Part shown: positions 25,488 through 37,893 of the stretch, one piece after another
Layout: every line of letters starts with the position of its first letter
Position numbering within the stretch: position 1 is the stretch's first letter
Source: Eledone cirrhosa
Lineage: Eukaryota
DNA length: 64,000 nt
Assembly: GCA_964016885.1 (NCBI GenBank)
Contig: OZ024745.1
Coordinates: forward strand, 14,632,001 to 14,696,000
Direction: 5' to 3'
The notes under the pieces: model-generated
The model's input: the letters and a program-made list of their open reading frames with translations, nothing else
Databases searched by the model: none
Told to the model about the DNA's origin: nothing
Position numbers and translations under genes: made by a program

Positions 25488-28053
25488 AGTCAACGCGATC
25501 AGTCGCATATTTTGGCGAGGGAGACTATTCATTACATTTAAGATGAATTCTATCTCCGACAGTAATGCCACAACTACCAGTTGTGGCATTACTGTCTAAC
25601 TATATCCACTTCTAACTATATCCACTGAAGACACCTTTTATTTTAATTCGTAGAGATATCCTACTAAATACTTAATTCATTTTACAAGGATTTGCTAGAA
25701 ACAGCATGGCTGAGCACGACATCAACATCAACAACAACGAGAACGGTAAACAAAAATTATTCAGTTGTAGCTACAGAAGAAGCCGAAATTATAAATCGCA
25801 TTTCTCTTGGAGTTGCGAACTTAATGATGATTTATTTAATTGTTATAAAATGACAAAAAACAATCCCTCCATTGGCTATATGAACAGAATGAAGCTACAT
25901 CCAGAGCTAAATCACTTCACAGCGAAACAATTACGCCAACAAGCGACGTTTGTTGAACGTAAAAATAAGATAAATATTATTAATTGTAAGTCCCCCACAA
26001 CAAACATGGAATCAACAACACGTGCTACAGGTCGCCATGTTACTAGACTTCCTAGCAGCCAGGTCGAACAGTGCATTGAAATTACTATGCCTGTAAAAGA
26101 TTTGACACCACGTGTACCATCTGAGTTTACCTCGAATGCTGGGAAAAACGCTATCGATAATAATAATAATCGAAGAAATAATAAAAATAATCGAAGAAAT
26201 TTGACACCACGTGTACCATCCGAGTCTACCTCGACTGTTGTGGAAAATACTATCGATAATGATAATAATCAAAAGTATAAACAATTGAAAATTTCCCTCA
26301 ATGAAATCTTCCAGAGAGAAATTAACTCATGTATAAACATTTCTCTTGCTGAACGTATTAAAACGACAACGTTTAATAAAAAACCAAATAATGAAATATT
26401 ATGTGTTATTGATGAAATAAGGGATGAATATTTACGACGGATAAAAATCCCAACATTTTGGCAAATCAACGCCTGTGAAGCATTATCTTGGTGATAGCAG
26501 AGATATTAACAAGAACAAAACACCACCAAAAATACCATCATATATAACTAAAATAGAAAAAAAGATTGCTGACCTACGAAAAACCATAGGATATGTGACA
26601 ATGCTCCTTACATGCAAACAAACACAAAAAAACCTCACTCCTCACCAACAAAGAGTGAAAAGTAAAATTAAGACGGTGTTTGGTAACTGTAGAACCAGAA
26701 CTCTTCAATATAAGCTGATCACCCTCAAACAAGAATTGAGAGTTGTTAGCGAAAAACGCCGTTACCTGAAGAAGGTAGATGAAAGAAAAGTGCTTAATAA
26801 AAGATTCAGACGAAACAAAACAGCAGTCTATAGCGATATGAAAGGTAAAATAATAAGTGTTATTGAGGGTCCATCCCAGAAAGACATAGATTCCTTTTGG
26901 AGAAAAATATGGGGTGAAAAGAAGAATTTCAACCAAGATGCAGTGTGGCTAAAAGAAATCCGAAAGAACTATTGCTACAAAAACATACGAAATAAGTGAG
27001 GGTACCCTTGAGACTATAAGAAAACTCCAAGATAAGAAAACACAAGGAAGAGACATAATTGTCGGCTACTGGTACAAAACACTGATATTCTATCGGAGGT
27101 ATCTTACTGACCTCTACCAACAAGTTCTTAAGGGAGATACACTTATACCAGAATGGTTGACATTAGCACAAACATTACTGGTCCCCAAGAACAAAGACAC
27201 CCACTTGGCAAAAAACTACCGACCCATTGCATGCCAGAACCTGATGTATAAGATGTATACAGCCTGCCTGAACCTATTCCTCCAAGATCACTGTGAAAAT
27301 AATAACATCATCACAGATGAACAAGTAGCTGGAAAGAAAGGAGTTTAGGGATGTGCTGAACAACTCCTAGTCAACAAAACTGCGATGTCGGAGGTGCGAC
27401 AACTTAGGAGGAATATGGCTACAGTCTGGCTGGACTACAGGAAAGCTTTCGATTCTGTTCCCCACTCTTGGATGATAGAGGCCCTCCAGCTTGCTAAAGT
27501 CCCAGACATTATTATCAGAGCCATAGAGAGGCTGTCTTCTTCTTGGGCTACTATCCTAAAGTTAAAGTCAGAGAAGAACTCTATTTTCACTGATAAAATA
27601 AAATATCAGAGGGGTATATTTCAGGGAGACAGTCTCTCTGTGATATTATTCATCCTGTCATTAAACCCGTTGTCCTTTCTGCTCAAGAAATGTGAAGGAT
27701 ACATCATTGGCTCACAGGAGGACAGAAATACGAACCTAACCCATAATTTCTTTGTGGATGATCTGAAACTATATGCCAAGAACATGGATGGGATGAAGAA
27801 AAATCTTGACCTGGTTATAACATTCTCAAAGGATATAGGAATGGAGTTTGGCCAAGATAAATGCTCATATATGACTGTAAAGCGGGGAAAAACAACAACC
27901 CAATTTAGCAGCATTGTAATTAATGGCCTAACTGTTTCACCGATATCTGATGAGGTCTGCTACAGATACCTGGGGATAGATGAGAACATATCCTATAATG
28001 GTATCTGTAATAAGGAACGCGTAACCAGGGAATACTACACCCTAAAACAGTGA
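25488..28053 (+). mobile_element. Degraded R4/Dong-clade non-LTR retrotransposon, 3'-truncated (no RLE domain seen)
   Basis: The N-terminus W...N..L..CY....P..GYM.RM..HP....QL..Q is typical of R4/Dong. RT motifs NYRPIAC, WLDYRKAFDSVPH, RGIFQGDSLS, FVDDLKLY, GMEFGQDKC, YRYLGI are interrupted by stops and frameshifts. It begins right after (TACA)n. Confidence 0.8.
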
Positions 28054-28659
28054 TATTCCTCGCTTCTCTTTAATTTATTATTAAATCAACTGTCGTTTCT
28101 TTTGAAAATGCCATGTGTATCTTAGGATATTACAACAGAATGTCATCAGTGGCACATATAACTGTGGCACCTTTTGGTCAAAACACATACACGAGGAGAA
28201 AGGAAAATGAAAGATGGTACGGTTGTTGATGGATTAAATTAGAGTGAGATGATCATCAAGGACTGAAAGTATCGAAGACAAGAAATGTAGATATATATAT
28301 ATAGTCACAGCTCAAAATAGCAAGTCAAGAAATTAGAGATGAGAAAGAAAACAGTGGCTTTAATAGAACTTAATAGCTCTTGTGAAAATCAAAACAAAAC
28401 ACAAACAGACGTTTCCGCTCACCAGCTTCCTGTTCCGGGAAACTTATTTTTCGGAGTTTTCGGATCAGATGAATAAAATTTAGAATATTAATCCATCGAT
28501 GAATCAGAGTCAAAGAGTGAGACCACTGTCTGGTTTGTCGTATCGCGGAAAATAGCAGCCAAATCTTATCCAAATGATACCTGCAAAAGTACGCAAGATA
28601 ATGTCCTAAGTACATTATGAGATAGGGGTGGTCATACATGGATGAATGCAAATCATAAG

Positions 28660-28890
28660 TTCATGGTCATCATCATTATGGCCACTAACTCCTTTCAATG
28701 TGGTTGCCTCATTGCAGTGTCGAACGCTGTACCAACTACCTCCATCTCTGGCAGTCATAGATGAGGGTTTGGGATGTGAAACACTTCCCCCCTTCCACTC
28801 AGCTATGCTGTCAATCCGGCGTTTCCACTGTATGCTCCACCTTCTCTTTTCCTACACTGTTATAGGTCCATTCCTTCTCAATTGACGTGG
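28660..28890 (-). mobile_element. Degenerate RTE-like LINE 3' end
   Basis: Minus-strand ..ARDGGSW..-like remnant and a (GAT)n tail. Confidence 0.35.
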
Positions 28891-29351
28891 GACTTAACAA
28901 AAACAACACCTATCACATTGAACTAGATCTTATCTTAAAATATTAACAATACAATCCTTCAAATATTTTTTACCATTAACAAATTCCACATTCTTCCATA
29001 TTTTACAAATCACTACGGCATTAATCCTAACACTGCAATGAAAATACGATACATTCGTATATAGCATGATGGAGTGTTGTATTTGATTTGTTATTTTAGA
29101 AGCTCAAATATAAAATAGTAGAATAACTGTTTTGCTTATCCAAGCATAAACCTGATTCGACTTGTTATCTTGAGAATATATCTACAGATTTAACGCACAA
29201 GTAATTTGTTGTCTTCATATATAAACTATCTTTGGGTTGATATAACTGAAACGTTTTATAACATTAAATAAACCCTAAAGGTGTGTAATCAACAAAAGAA
29301 ACTCTTGTATCTATCTAGGAATAGATACAACTATGTACAGAATAGATACAC

Positions 29352-29640
29352 GGAGATGTGTGACCTAGTCTTTAGGGTGTTAGATTCACGATAGCAAGAT
29401 CATAGGTTTGAAACCCGAATCGAGTGGTGCGTTGCATCCTTGAACAATTCCCTTTATTTCATATTTCTCCAGTCCACTTAGTTTAAAAGTGAATACCACC
29501 TGCAGCTGGGGGTTAACCTTTCGAAGAACTGGCATCCGATTGAAGGGAGAATCTTTTGTTCTGAGTTATTTAACTCGTACGAAACCGGTATAAGTTCTAG
29601 CCTAATGATCTTCTATGCTCGAGAACGAATTTAACTAACA
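29352..29640 (+). mobile_element. tRNA-derived CORE-like SINE
   Basis: Box A/B remnants, then gcgttgcatccttgaacaa..ctttatttcatatttctccagtccact. Confidence 0.6.
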
Positions 29641-32600
29641 TAACCTCTAGGTTACTGCGACCACGAGACAGTTCTAGACAAAATCTAATCCCTACACAAT
29701 ATATTTAGCTGCAAAATCTGTTGATGATGAGTCTTTTAAAGAAAGTTACCGTGTTATAGCTGCATAAACTATCAGATGAAATCACTGCATATTATAAAAT
29801 TCATCATATTACTAGAAGGTTCTGCACCTAGATTATGTATTGTGAACGTATTAACACACATTCACAATGTCTATATAAGTTTCCTTCTTTCAACCATGAA
29901 TATCCGTCATATCACAAAGCAATCCAATGAAAATTGGGAAATAACACACATTATTCTGACTTCATTGTCCTTTCTCCAAATCTCAATTGGATATTGAAGT
30001 TCATTGGATAATATTAGGCGACATAGATATTAATCCCTTTGCATACAACTCCTTCCCTTAATGAACAATAACCCTCCCCCAAAACAACAACAACAACAAC
30101 AAAAGAAAAAAACAACAACACGAAAACATCAAAACAGCAAAGTACCTAGACAAAAGGGAAACCGTCCATTATAAGCAGAATAAAGTATGGAGTCTGACAG
30201 TACACTAAAAGAAGCTTGAAATTATTGAATCCCCGCCTTAAAGCACCCATATAGAATCGAAATAATCCTCATCGTATCCCATTTTGATCTTTCAATAAAA
30301 ACGAGGAGACATGCCCTTCCCTGATGCCTCACTGTTCGTACTCCCAATAAAGTCCGTTGACTATTTCGAAGTATGTCAACGACGTTAGTGGGTTGTTTCC
30401 AAATGATAATCTGTCTATGTGTTGGCTGCATTAGCTCTAGTTTTGAGGATATCTTTTTAGAATGTTACTTACACTGGCCTGTCGTTCACAGACTTCTTTC
30501 AGCTATCTACTGAATTAGTTATAGCAAAGGATCAAAGTAATCGAAAACATAAAAACATCGAAAATATTTCCAGCTATTTGCCTGGAAATAGCAAACTACT
30601 TCTGAAGTTATTGGTTTTCTTCAAGTTTGATTGTAGGGACATGGAAATGATCCTACAATATTTTCAGTGAAAATGTTCTTTCGAATTGAATTGTTGAATT
30701 TGCACATCTGAAAATATCACACGAGATTTATCACTAATGGGAAAAGAAATAAAGGAAATGAAGAAAACCGATATGAAGCTGACACTTGGTCTTAACAAAT
30801 TTGCAGTAATTGTTGTAAAAGCATGTTATCATCGACTAGAAGCTATCTTAACGAATCTAAAACAAGAATAATTTGATAACCATTACATCACATGCAAACA
30901 TTTAATTTAAGTTGGCAGTAAATTAGAGAAAGCTTCTAATGTAATCCATAAAATAAGTAAATCATAGGCTTAAATCGTCAGCATATCACATCGTTTCAGT
31001 CTTTAAAATAGTGTTGAGGTAAAAATTGATCTTATTTCCTATAGAACAACAACATATCAATCCGAAAAGATATGGGTTCCAGTTCAAACTTAGCTGACTA
31101 ACAACTTTATTGTCACAAATATTCTAGAAAACAGGAAATGCCAACATCACATGTATTAACTTTAATATGAACTTTGACTGGGTTAACGATACTTAAAATA
31201 GGTAAATATACAAGTTTATACGCTTAAAGGCTTAATTAGAGCTATTATTCTGCGCAAGAATGTCCCTAGAAAAAATACATTAACTTTTGATCTGAAAATG
31301 TTTCCTAATTAGAAGATCGATCCAACAGTATTGGCTAAGATACGCTGAAGTTGCAATATGTTCGTATATTAAACTACCTTTTATTCACAACAACAATCTA
31401 ATTGCTATTTCGTGTTGAGCAAAGACAGCATTAACTTTGATATATTTACTAAGTTGAATATCCGGTCTATATATTTACATTGAATCGTTACTTCTGGCTG
31501 GCTGAAACAGTTCTTTATTGCCTACTAGTATTGTAGAAATGTAATTTCACTGAAGCAATGAATTCGTTGATTCCTTGATTGATCAGGGGTGAATTGTCAT
31601 CGATAATTTCAAATATTAGAATATTGAAGTCTCTCGATATCGATTCACACTCCACTCTTTGCTAGAATAAGACAATGGTAAATAGAGGAAGTCTTCAAAC
31701 GTAAATCTCCTTAAACTATTTCATGCATTTGAGGCTTTTGAAGAAATGGAAATATGTCTGTTATACGTGTTGAACAAACAATGGCTTCTGGTATTCAACG
31801 ACATCTAAATGCAATCTCTTCAAGTACTTTGTTATTCAACTGGAGTTAATCCTTTGCCTTGCTACTCTATGTCAATTGTTTGAAACTTCTATAGAATGAA
31901 ATTGCACATTCTTAAGAGATTCGCTATTGAATTTCAAGATAGTATGTAAATATTACGAAACAACGCAAATAGTTGGGGATGCCTTTAATTCAAGTTTAAT
32001 TGTTGCTGCTGCAATAATCTGGGGGTTGATCAGCATCCAAAGGTTATTAGTATCAAAGGATTCTGTGACCCACAAATAAATGATTTTAACTCATGTTACA
32101 GTTTTTTCTTTTATGAGAGATTATTGTGCGGCCCTACAAGTTATAATATTCTTCTATACTTTCGTTATTAAGAATCAACCTAATCAACCCCTGAAATCAA
32201 CCCCTGAAATAAAATTTAACTGCGTTAAAAGCTGCATCGTAGAATAGAGTTTTATATTTTTAAAATCAAATTATAATATTCTGATGAATTCATTCCTAGA
32301 GAAAGTTTGCAGCTGCTTAGATAACATAGTAGAAACATTCTTCATCACCGAACTTTCATTTCTTTAGTGTTTTGTTGAATCACATAATTCAAAACAGATT
32401 CTATTTCACGTGATGAACAGAGATAATAATAGAACCGAAAAATACGGGATTGAACGGAACATATATTTCGTGATCTGATCTTAATTAGAGGCTAGAATAT
32501 GGAAAATAAATTACATGATGTAAAATTATAATGAAAATATGTTACATGTTTATATTTAAATTAGTTTCGGAATATGTGTTTGAACGTAGAAATGTTCGAT

Positions 32601-33236
32601 GTATAAAAGTTGTATAGAATGATAAAAAAGTCGGAATGGCGTGTCAGATGGTAACATAATGAAAAAGAAACTGGTAATCGATTGAATAGAAAATGAATCA
32701 ATGATACTCAGGAATACAAAAATATGTATCAAATGAAGCTGTAAAGAGAAACGTGGTAAACATCTTAAATAGAATAGCTACACATGTTTAAGATATAATA
32801 CATCCCCATGAAAAGCGTGTCCCATCAGTAGAAATGATATGATTGAGAATATAAAAGAAGTCTTTTGGAAGTGACATCAGTTATATAAAATAAACTTTGA
32901 AATAAAATAAACGCAGTTTCTCATTACTCCTAAAATATTTTCTAGGAAGATTTTTTTAAAAGTAGAGTCATTGCGTTAGGCGCTTACATATAGTTTAGAA
33001 GAAACAAAAACGAACCATATCGTGGTTCTTCGTTGCTTAGACACAGTAAGAAGAATTAAAGCCAAGAATCTTTCTATGGATATCGAGAACTTGGGGTAGG
33101 AAGAAAATAGTATAATGCATATGTTCTTACAATAGAAAGCAGCACAAAAGCAAGAAAATAGAAAGATGAATTGGAAGAAATAACTATAAAAGATCTAGAA
33201 CTAGCGCACCTAATATATATATATATATATATATAT

Positions 33237-33394
33237 AGTAATAATAATAAATGTGAAGACTAAAATCCAAAGAGGGTTCGATAAGGATAAATATATATCA
33301 AATATATAAGAACCCTAGAGCAAATATTTATTAAAATAACAGATTAAAGTTTAAGCAAAGAATCGCTGCTTTCACCCTTAACGGGATCTTCTGA
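33237..33394 (-). mobile_element. pLTR family A fragment with CAGAAGA motif
   Basis: Matches 44143-44301. Confidence 0.75.
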
Positions 33395-33561
33395 GATGGA
33401 GGGTCTGTGGTTTTTCTCACACCTGGTTGGTTACTTATTTTATATGGAAAAAAGTGGCTGGAAATGCCAGGTTTTTAGAGAAGTAATTTGATTGGTTGTT
33501 GAATAAGTATAATAAATTTCGCGCCAGTTCACGTTACAAAGTTCTTCAAACATATATATAA

Positions 33562-33832
33562 CGTTGGTATAATCACAAACATATTTTTAATAGACGGGAT
33601 AAAAGATATTCAACTTCACTTTCACAAATAGTATGGTCTTTAAAGGACAAGTACATAGAGGAAATTAAGGTATGTTACCCCTTACCGGAACTCAGCAATC
33701 TCAGAATGTTGCCATCCTTGCAATGAAGAGATACTTCACATAATCACAAACTATGACAATTTAATCAACAAAAAGAATGAATTATTTAGTAGTTGTCATC
33801 ATAAAATTGGTAAAACTTTCCAAAAAAAATAA
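33562..33832 (+). pseudogene. Second PLE GIY-YIG endonuclease remnant (not in the ORF track)
   Basis: RWYNHKHIFNRRDKRYSTSLSQIVWSLKDK ... CCHPCNEEILHIITNYDNLINKKNELFSSCHHK, parallel to the C-terminus of 15137-16159. Confidence 0.75.
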
Positions 33833-35110
33833 GGATAAATAACACCTTGAATATATGTAAATTTTGCCTAATTGTAGTAATAATTTATAAATATTTATAT
33901 GTAATAGTTTTTTTATCCTATGATTTGATTAGGATAGCTCAATATTTAATTAGACACCAATTAAGATATATACAATAGATAGTTTAAGGTTCTTAAAATA
34001 TCGCTGGATGCGAGAGAAGTGATTCCCTCTAAGTTAAAAAATGCTTTTTACATTGTAAAAGTGTTATCTTCATTTTGTTTACATTGTCCGAACATTTTTT
34101 TATTAGCTTGGAAAAAGCATATATAAAATATAAAATATAGATTAATAAATAATAATTAATAGTTTAATAATACATAGACTATCATGAAAAGTAAACTATA
34201 TATATTAGAATAATTAAATATAGAAGTAAATATAACCATTCATTAAATGAAATAAAATTTATGGAGAGTAAATATAACCACAGTTAGATTCTAAAAAATA
34301 AATGAAATTTTAAAAATAACGAAGTTTCACATAAAGTGAAATTTAAATTAATTTAGATCATAAATGAACAAAATATAATATATATATTTATAGGGGTATA
34401 TGCATTTTAATATATTTTAATACATATTTAATAGTTATTTAATTAGGCATGAAAGTTAAATTGTTTTAAATTTGTAGTATAATATTAATAGAATATCTTA
34501 CCTTATAATAACATTGTCATAATGTAGAATGAGCTAAATTAAATTAAACTAATTTAAGCATATACATTTGTAATTAACTTAAATATTTGATTGCTATAGA
34601 AAGTAATCTAAGCCTAATAATCTGGATACAATATAAACTTATAATTAATTAAAGCCTAATCCAATATAAGCGGTATTCACTGATAAATATTAGGGAACAT
34701 TTTTAATTTTTAATTTTGTCTAGCATTTGAATACAACGGGTTTTTTTTATTCTCCCCTCTATTTTATCCTTTCCTTTTCTTTTTCTTCGTTTTCCTTTAT
34801 TTCCCTTCTTTTTTTCTTTTTATTCTCTCCGCATCATCCCTTTTCTTCTGTTTTTTTATTCCCCTTCTTTTTTCTCTCCGCACCTTCTCTTTTTTTCTTC
34901 TTTTATTTATTCATTTATTTATTTCCCTTCTTTTCCTTCGCATCTTCCCTCTCAACTCCCCTTCTATATTTCTACCTTGCTCTACGTCCTCTTCTTCTCT
35001 AAGTTTATCATATTATTTGTGGTATAAAAACGTTGAGTGTTGGTGAAATAAATCTACAGGAATTGAATAATCAAAACCTTGGCGGTATGTCGCATATCCA
35101 ATCTCTCATA

Positions 35111-35173
35111 TATTTTATCTGATGAAAACGCACTGAAACATTATTGTACCTTTGAAATATGTATAATAAAATA
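35111..35173 (+). ncRNA. Type I hammerhead (pLTR probably belonging to the 33.5-kb PLE remnant)
   Basis: tattttat CTGATGA aaacgcac..gtaccttt GAAA tatgta TA ataaaata. Stem I is 8 bp and stem II is partly decayed. Confidence 0.7.
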
Positions 35174-35441
35174 TATATTTTGGTTATGAGAATATTTTTC
35201 ATTTATTAATATTTTGAATAATTAAGTTAAAAATGTACATCTACATATGCATACTGAAATACTAGTATGCATATGAATACACACACGTATACATATGTAG
35301 ATGTACCAAGTCTTTCACTGGTTACTTTACTGTGAGCAACCCAGCTATTCTGTATGTAAACACACAGACAAACCGGTTTTTAGAGTCATACTGGTTTTCG
35401 AGGAAACGCCTTTCCTCTATTCTCCAGAAAGCCAGACAAGG

Positions 35442-35486
35442 AATATTGAACTAGTTTCGTTGTTGTTACAACTCATCAGCAATATT
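35442..35486 (-). ncRNA. Hammerhead, mirror copy in the left arm
   Basis: Reverse complement of 35860-35904. Confidence 0.85.
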
Positions 35487-35859
35487 TACCTATCTACCGG
35501 CCTTTCTGGAGAATCGTAAAAGCACATATCGTTATATGCTTTTTCTATGAAAATTAGTAGTGGGCAGACTAATTTGCATAGAGTGTGAGTACGCACCGGT
35601 TCAGCGGAGACGATAAAAACAAATAACGAAACGAAATTAAATTTCGCTTCGTTTGTAACTCACTTTTGTCAGTCATACAAAAGTGAGTTACAAACGAAGC
35701 GAAATTTAATTTCGTTTCGTTATTTGTTTTTATCGTCTCCGCTGAACCGGTGCGTACTCACACTCTATGCAAATTAGTCTGCCCACTACTAATTTTCATA
35801 GAAAAAGCATATAACGATATGTGCTTTTACGATTCTCCAGAAAGGCCGGTAGATAGGTA

Positions 35860-35904
35860 AATATTGCTGATGAGTTGTAACAACAACGAAACTAGTTCAA
35901 TATT
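35860..35904 (+). ncRNA. Minimal type I hammerhead ribozyme
   Basis: aatattg CTGATGA gttgt-aaca-acaac GAAAC ta GTT caatatt, with palindromic stem III AACTAGTT. Confidence 0.87.
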
Positions 35905-36329
35905 CCTTGTCTGGCTTTCTGGAGAATAGAGGAAAGGCGTTTCCTCGAAAACCAGTATGACTCTAAAAACCGGTTTGTCTGTGTGTTTACATACAGAATA
36001 GCTGGGTTGCTCACAGTAAAGTAACCAGTGAAAGACTTGGTACATCTACATATGTATACGTGTGTGTATTCATATGCATACTAGTATTTCAGTATGCATA
36101 TGTAGATGTACATTTTTAACTTAATTGTTTAAGCGTCAGTCATACAAAAGTGAGTTACAAACGAAGCGAAATTTAATTTCGTTTCGTTATTTGTTTTTAA
36201 TATTTTGAATAATATATATATATTAAGATTTTCGCTCCAACATAGCTGTATACATATAGCTTTGTTTATTTAGTATATCTAATGTTATATGGAATGTTTA
36301 CACGTAAACATTTAAAAGCCTTTAGTTAA

Positions 36330-36478
36330 GAATTGACATACTCATGACCCTGTGATGAACAGGCGAAACTCCAAATTAACAAGACTCAATATTTAACCTT
36401 AATAAAATGAATATTGAAACTCTATTTCTATTTCGGTATTGAGTACTTTCCCTCAGCCGTCAACCACACACGGATATT
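36330..36478 (+). mobile_element. pLTR-like fragment with a decayed hammerhead
   Basis: ctcatga c-cctgt-gatga-acagg-c GAAAC, then AATAAA and a tgagtacttt tail. Confidence 0.45.
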
Positions 36479-36479
36479 A

Positions 36480-36529
36480 TATATATATATTATATATAGC
36501 ACATATGATATATATATATATAGCACATA

Positions 36530-36563
<34 letters not shown>

Positions 36564-36569
36564 CACATA

Positions 36570-36629
<60 letters not shown>

Positions 36630-36666
36630 CACATATGATATATATATATTATATATAGCACATATG

Positions 36667-36698
<32 letters not shown>

Positions 36699-36785
36699 GC
36701 ACATATGATATATATATATATATTATATATAGCACATATGATAGATATATATATTATATATAGCACATGTGATATATATATATAT
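36480..36785. repeat. Minisatellite of agcacatatg + (AT)n units
   Basis: About 8 recurrences of tagcacatatgat separated by AT runs of variable length. Confidence 0.9.
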
Positions 36786-36787
36786 GG

Positions 36788-37104
36788 AAAAGAATGAAAC
36801 GAAATTTCATTTCTTACTCTTAGTACGGCTGATACTTAAATGCAAGTATGTATGTATACGTACATACATATATGTATTCAGACGTACAATAGTATGAATA
36901 TATATATGCACACACATGCACACATATATATATGTACGTATGGGTTTACCGAACATTTATTATAATGTTCGGTTTGTTTGTTTGTAAACAAACAAACAGC
37001 CCGAATTACGCCGCACAGTGTTCAGGCAACCATCGTCGCCCCTTTGTTCAACATTGACACAGGAACGATGTACTAGTTTCAAGCTTATTAGCTATCGTCA
37101 GCAT
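36788..37104 (-). mobile_element. Diverged relative of the 467-nt hammerhead module
   Basis: Collinear similarity blocks and hairpins, ending in a hammerhead at 37068-37104. Confidence 0.65.
37068..37104 (-). ncRNA. Minimal type I hammerhead
   Basis: atg CTGACGA t-agct-aata-agct-t GAAAC ta GTA cat. Confidence 0.72.
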
Positions 37105-37671
37105 ATATATATATAAATATATATATATATTATATATTATTCATACCACATATGATATATATATAGAAGAATGTTATTCAGTGCAAGACAACTCATGTGG
37201 AGAAATTGAAAGAGATATTGGCAAGATGATTTAGGGGAATATAGAAGCAACATTCGAAAGACGATCGTGTGATGTAAATCTGAAGGATAGAGTTTAGGAT
37301 TGTCAAAAAACACTGAAATTCTTTGTGGGAGCGACTTGGTAACCCGAGATGTCCTTATCTATTGCGAATATTTCTTCCCATATTTAGATAGCGCCTATTT
37401 CAATTGCTGTTTTGAGAATATTCGGAAGCCTACCTGAATACCCCTGTAGAATTAAAAGAAATAAAACGTCATCGTATGATTAAACCGCGGCTGATGACCC
37501 ACTGATTCATGCTAGCAATGTATGACTATATCTGAGAAGTAATTCCTTATTAGACGCTCAATGTTTAGATGTTAGAAATGTTTTTAGTTTAGAACGCAAT
37601 TTCCTTTAACGTTCTCTTCCCAGCGCTCAATTAGACGCTGTAAGCATTGAATAGTTGTTGGAATGGCAGAG

Positions 37672-37893
37672 ATAATAGCTTCTGATTTAGGCACAAGGCC
37701 AAGAATTTTGGGGAAGAGGAAAGTCAATTAAATCTACCCCGCAGTTAATTACTGGTACTTTATTTTATCGACCATGTGAGGATGAAAGGCAAAGCTAACC
37801 TCGGCGGGATTTGAACTCAGAACGCAAAGGGCCAAAGCTTTATGCCGCTAAGCATGTTGTCCGACGTTCTACCGATTCTGCCAATTCACCGCC
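37672..37893 (-). mobile_element. tRNA-derived SINE (Meta-like, long variant)
   Basis: Same core plus an extra segment, as at 9646, 46697 and 51887. Confidence 0.82.

Larger units (their letters stand above)
35220..36199 (+). mobile_element. Retrozyme-like insert: 450-bp inverted copy plus 1.14 units of a 467-nt hammerhead monomer, with a 16-bp TSD
   Basis: Arms 35220-35669 and 35677-36126. gtcagtcatacaaaag recurs at 35668 and 36135. taatattttgaataat flanks it at 35207-35222 and 36198-36213. Confidence 0.85.

Noticed and set aside
28060-28152. CTGATGA...GAAAC gaca GTT on the minus strand
   Set aside because: No convincing stem I or II. The same applies to CTGATGA at 3298, 27947, 32281 and 37491.
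30200-33210. Possible ancient LINE debris
   Set aside because: Too decayed to recover diagnostic motifs by eye.
35301-36045. Two identical 72-aa ORFs on opposite strands
   Set aside because: They are mirror images created by the palindrome. They are antisense to the hammerhead, have no recognisable motif and are not evidently conserved in the sister module.
36480-36785. Repeat-spacer pattern resembling a CRISPR array
   Set aside because: The spacers are only AT runs of variable length, there are no cas genes, and the context is eukaryotic.
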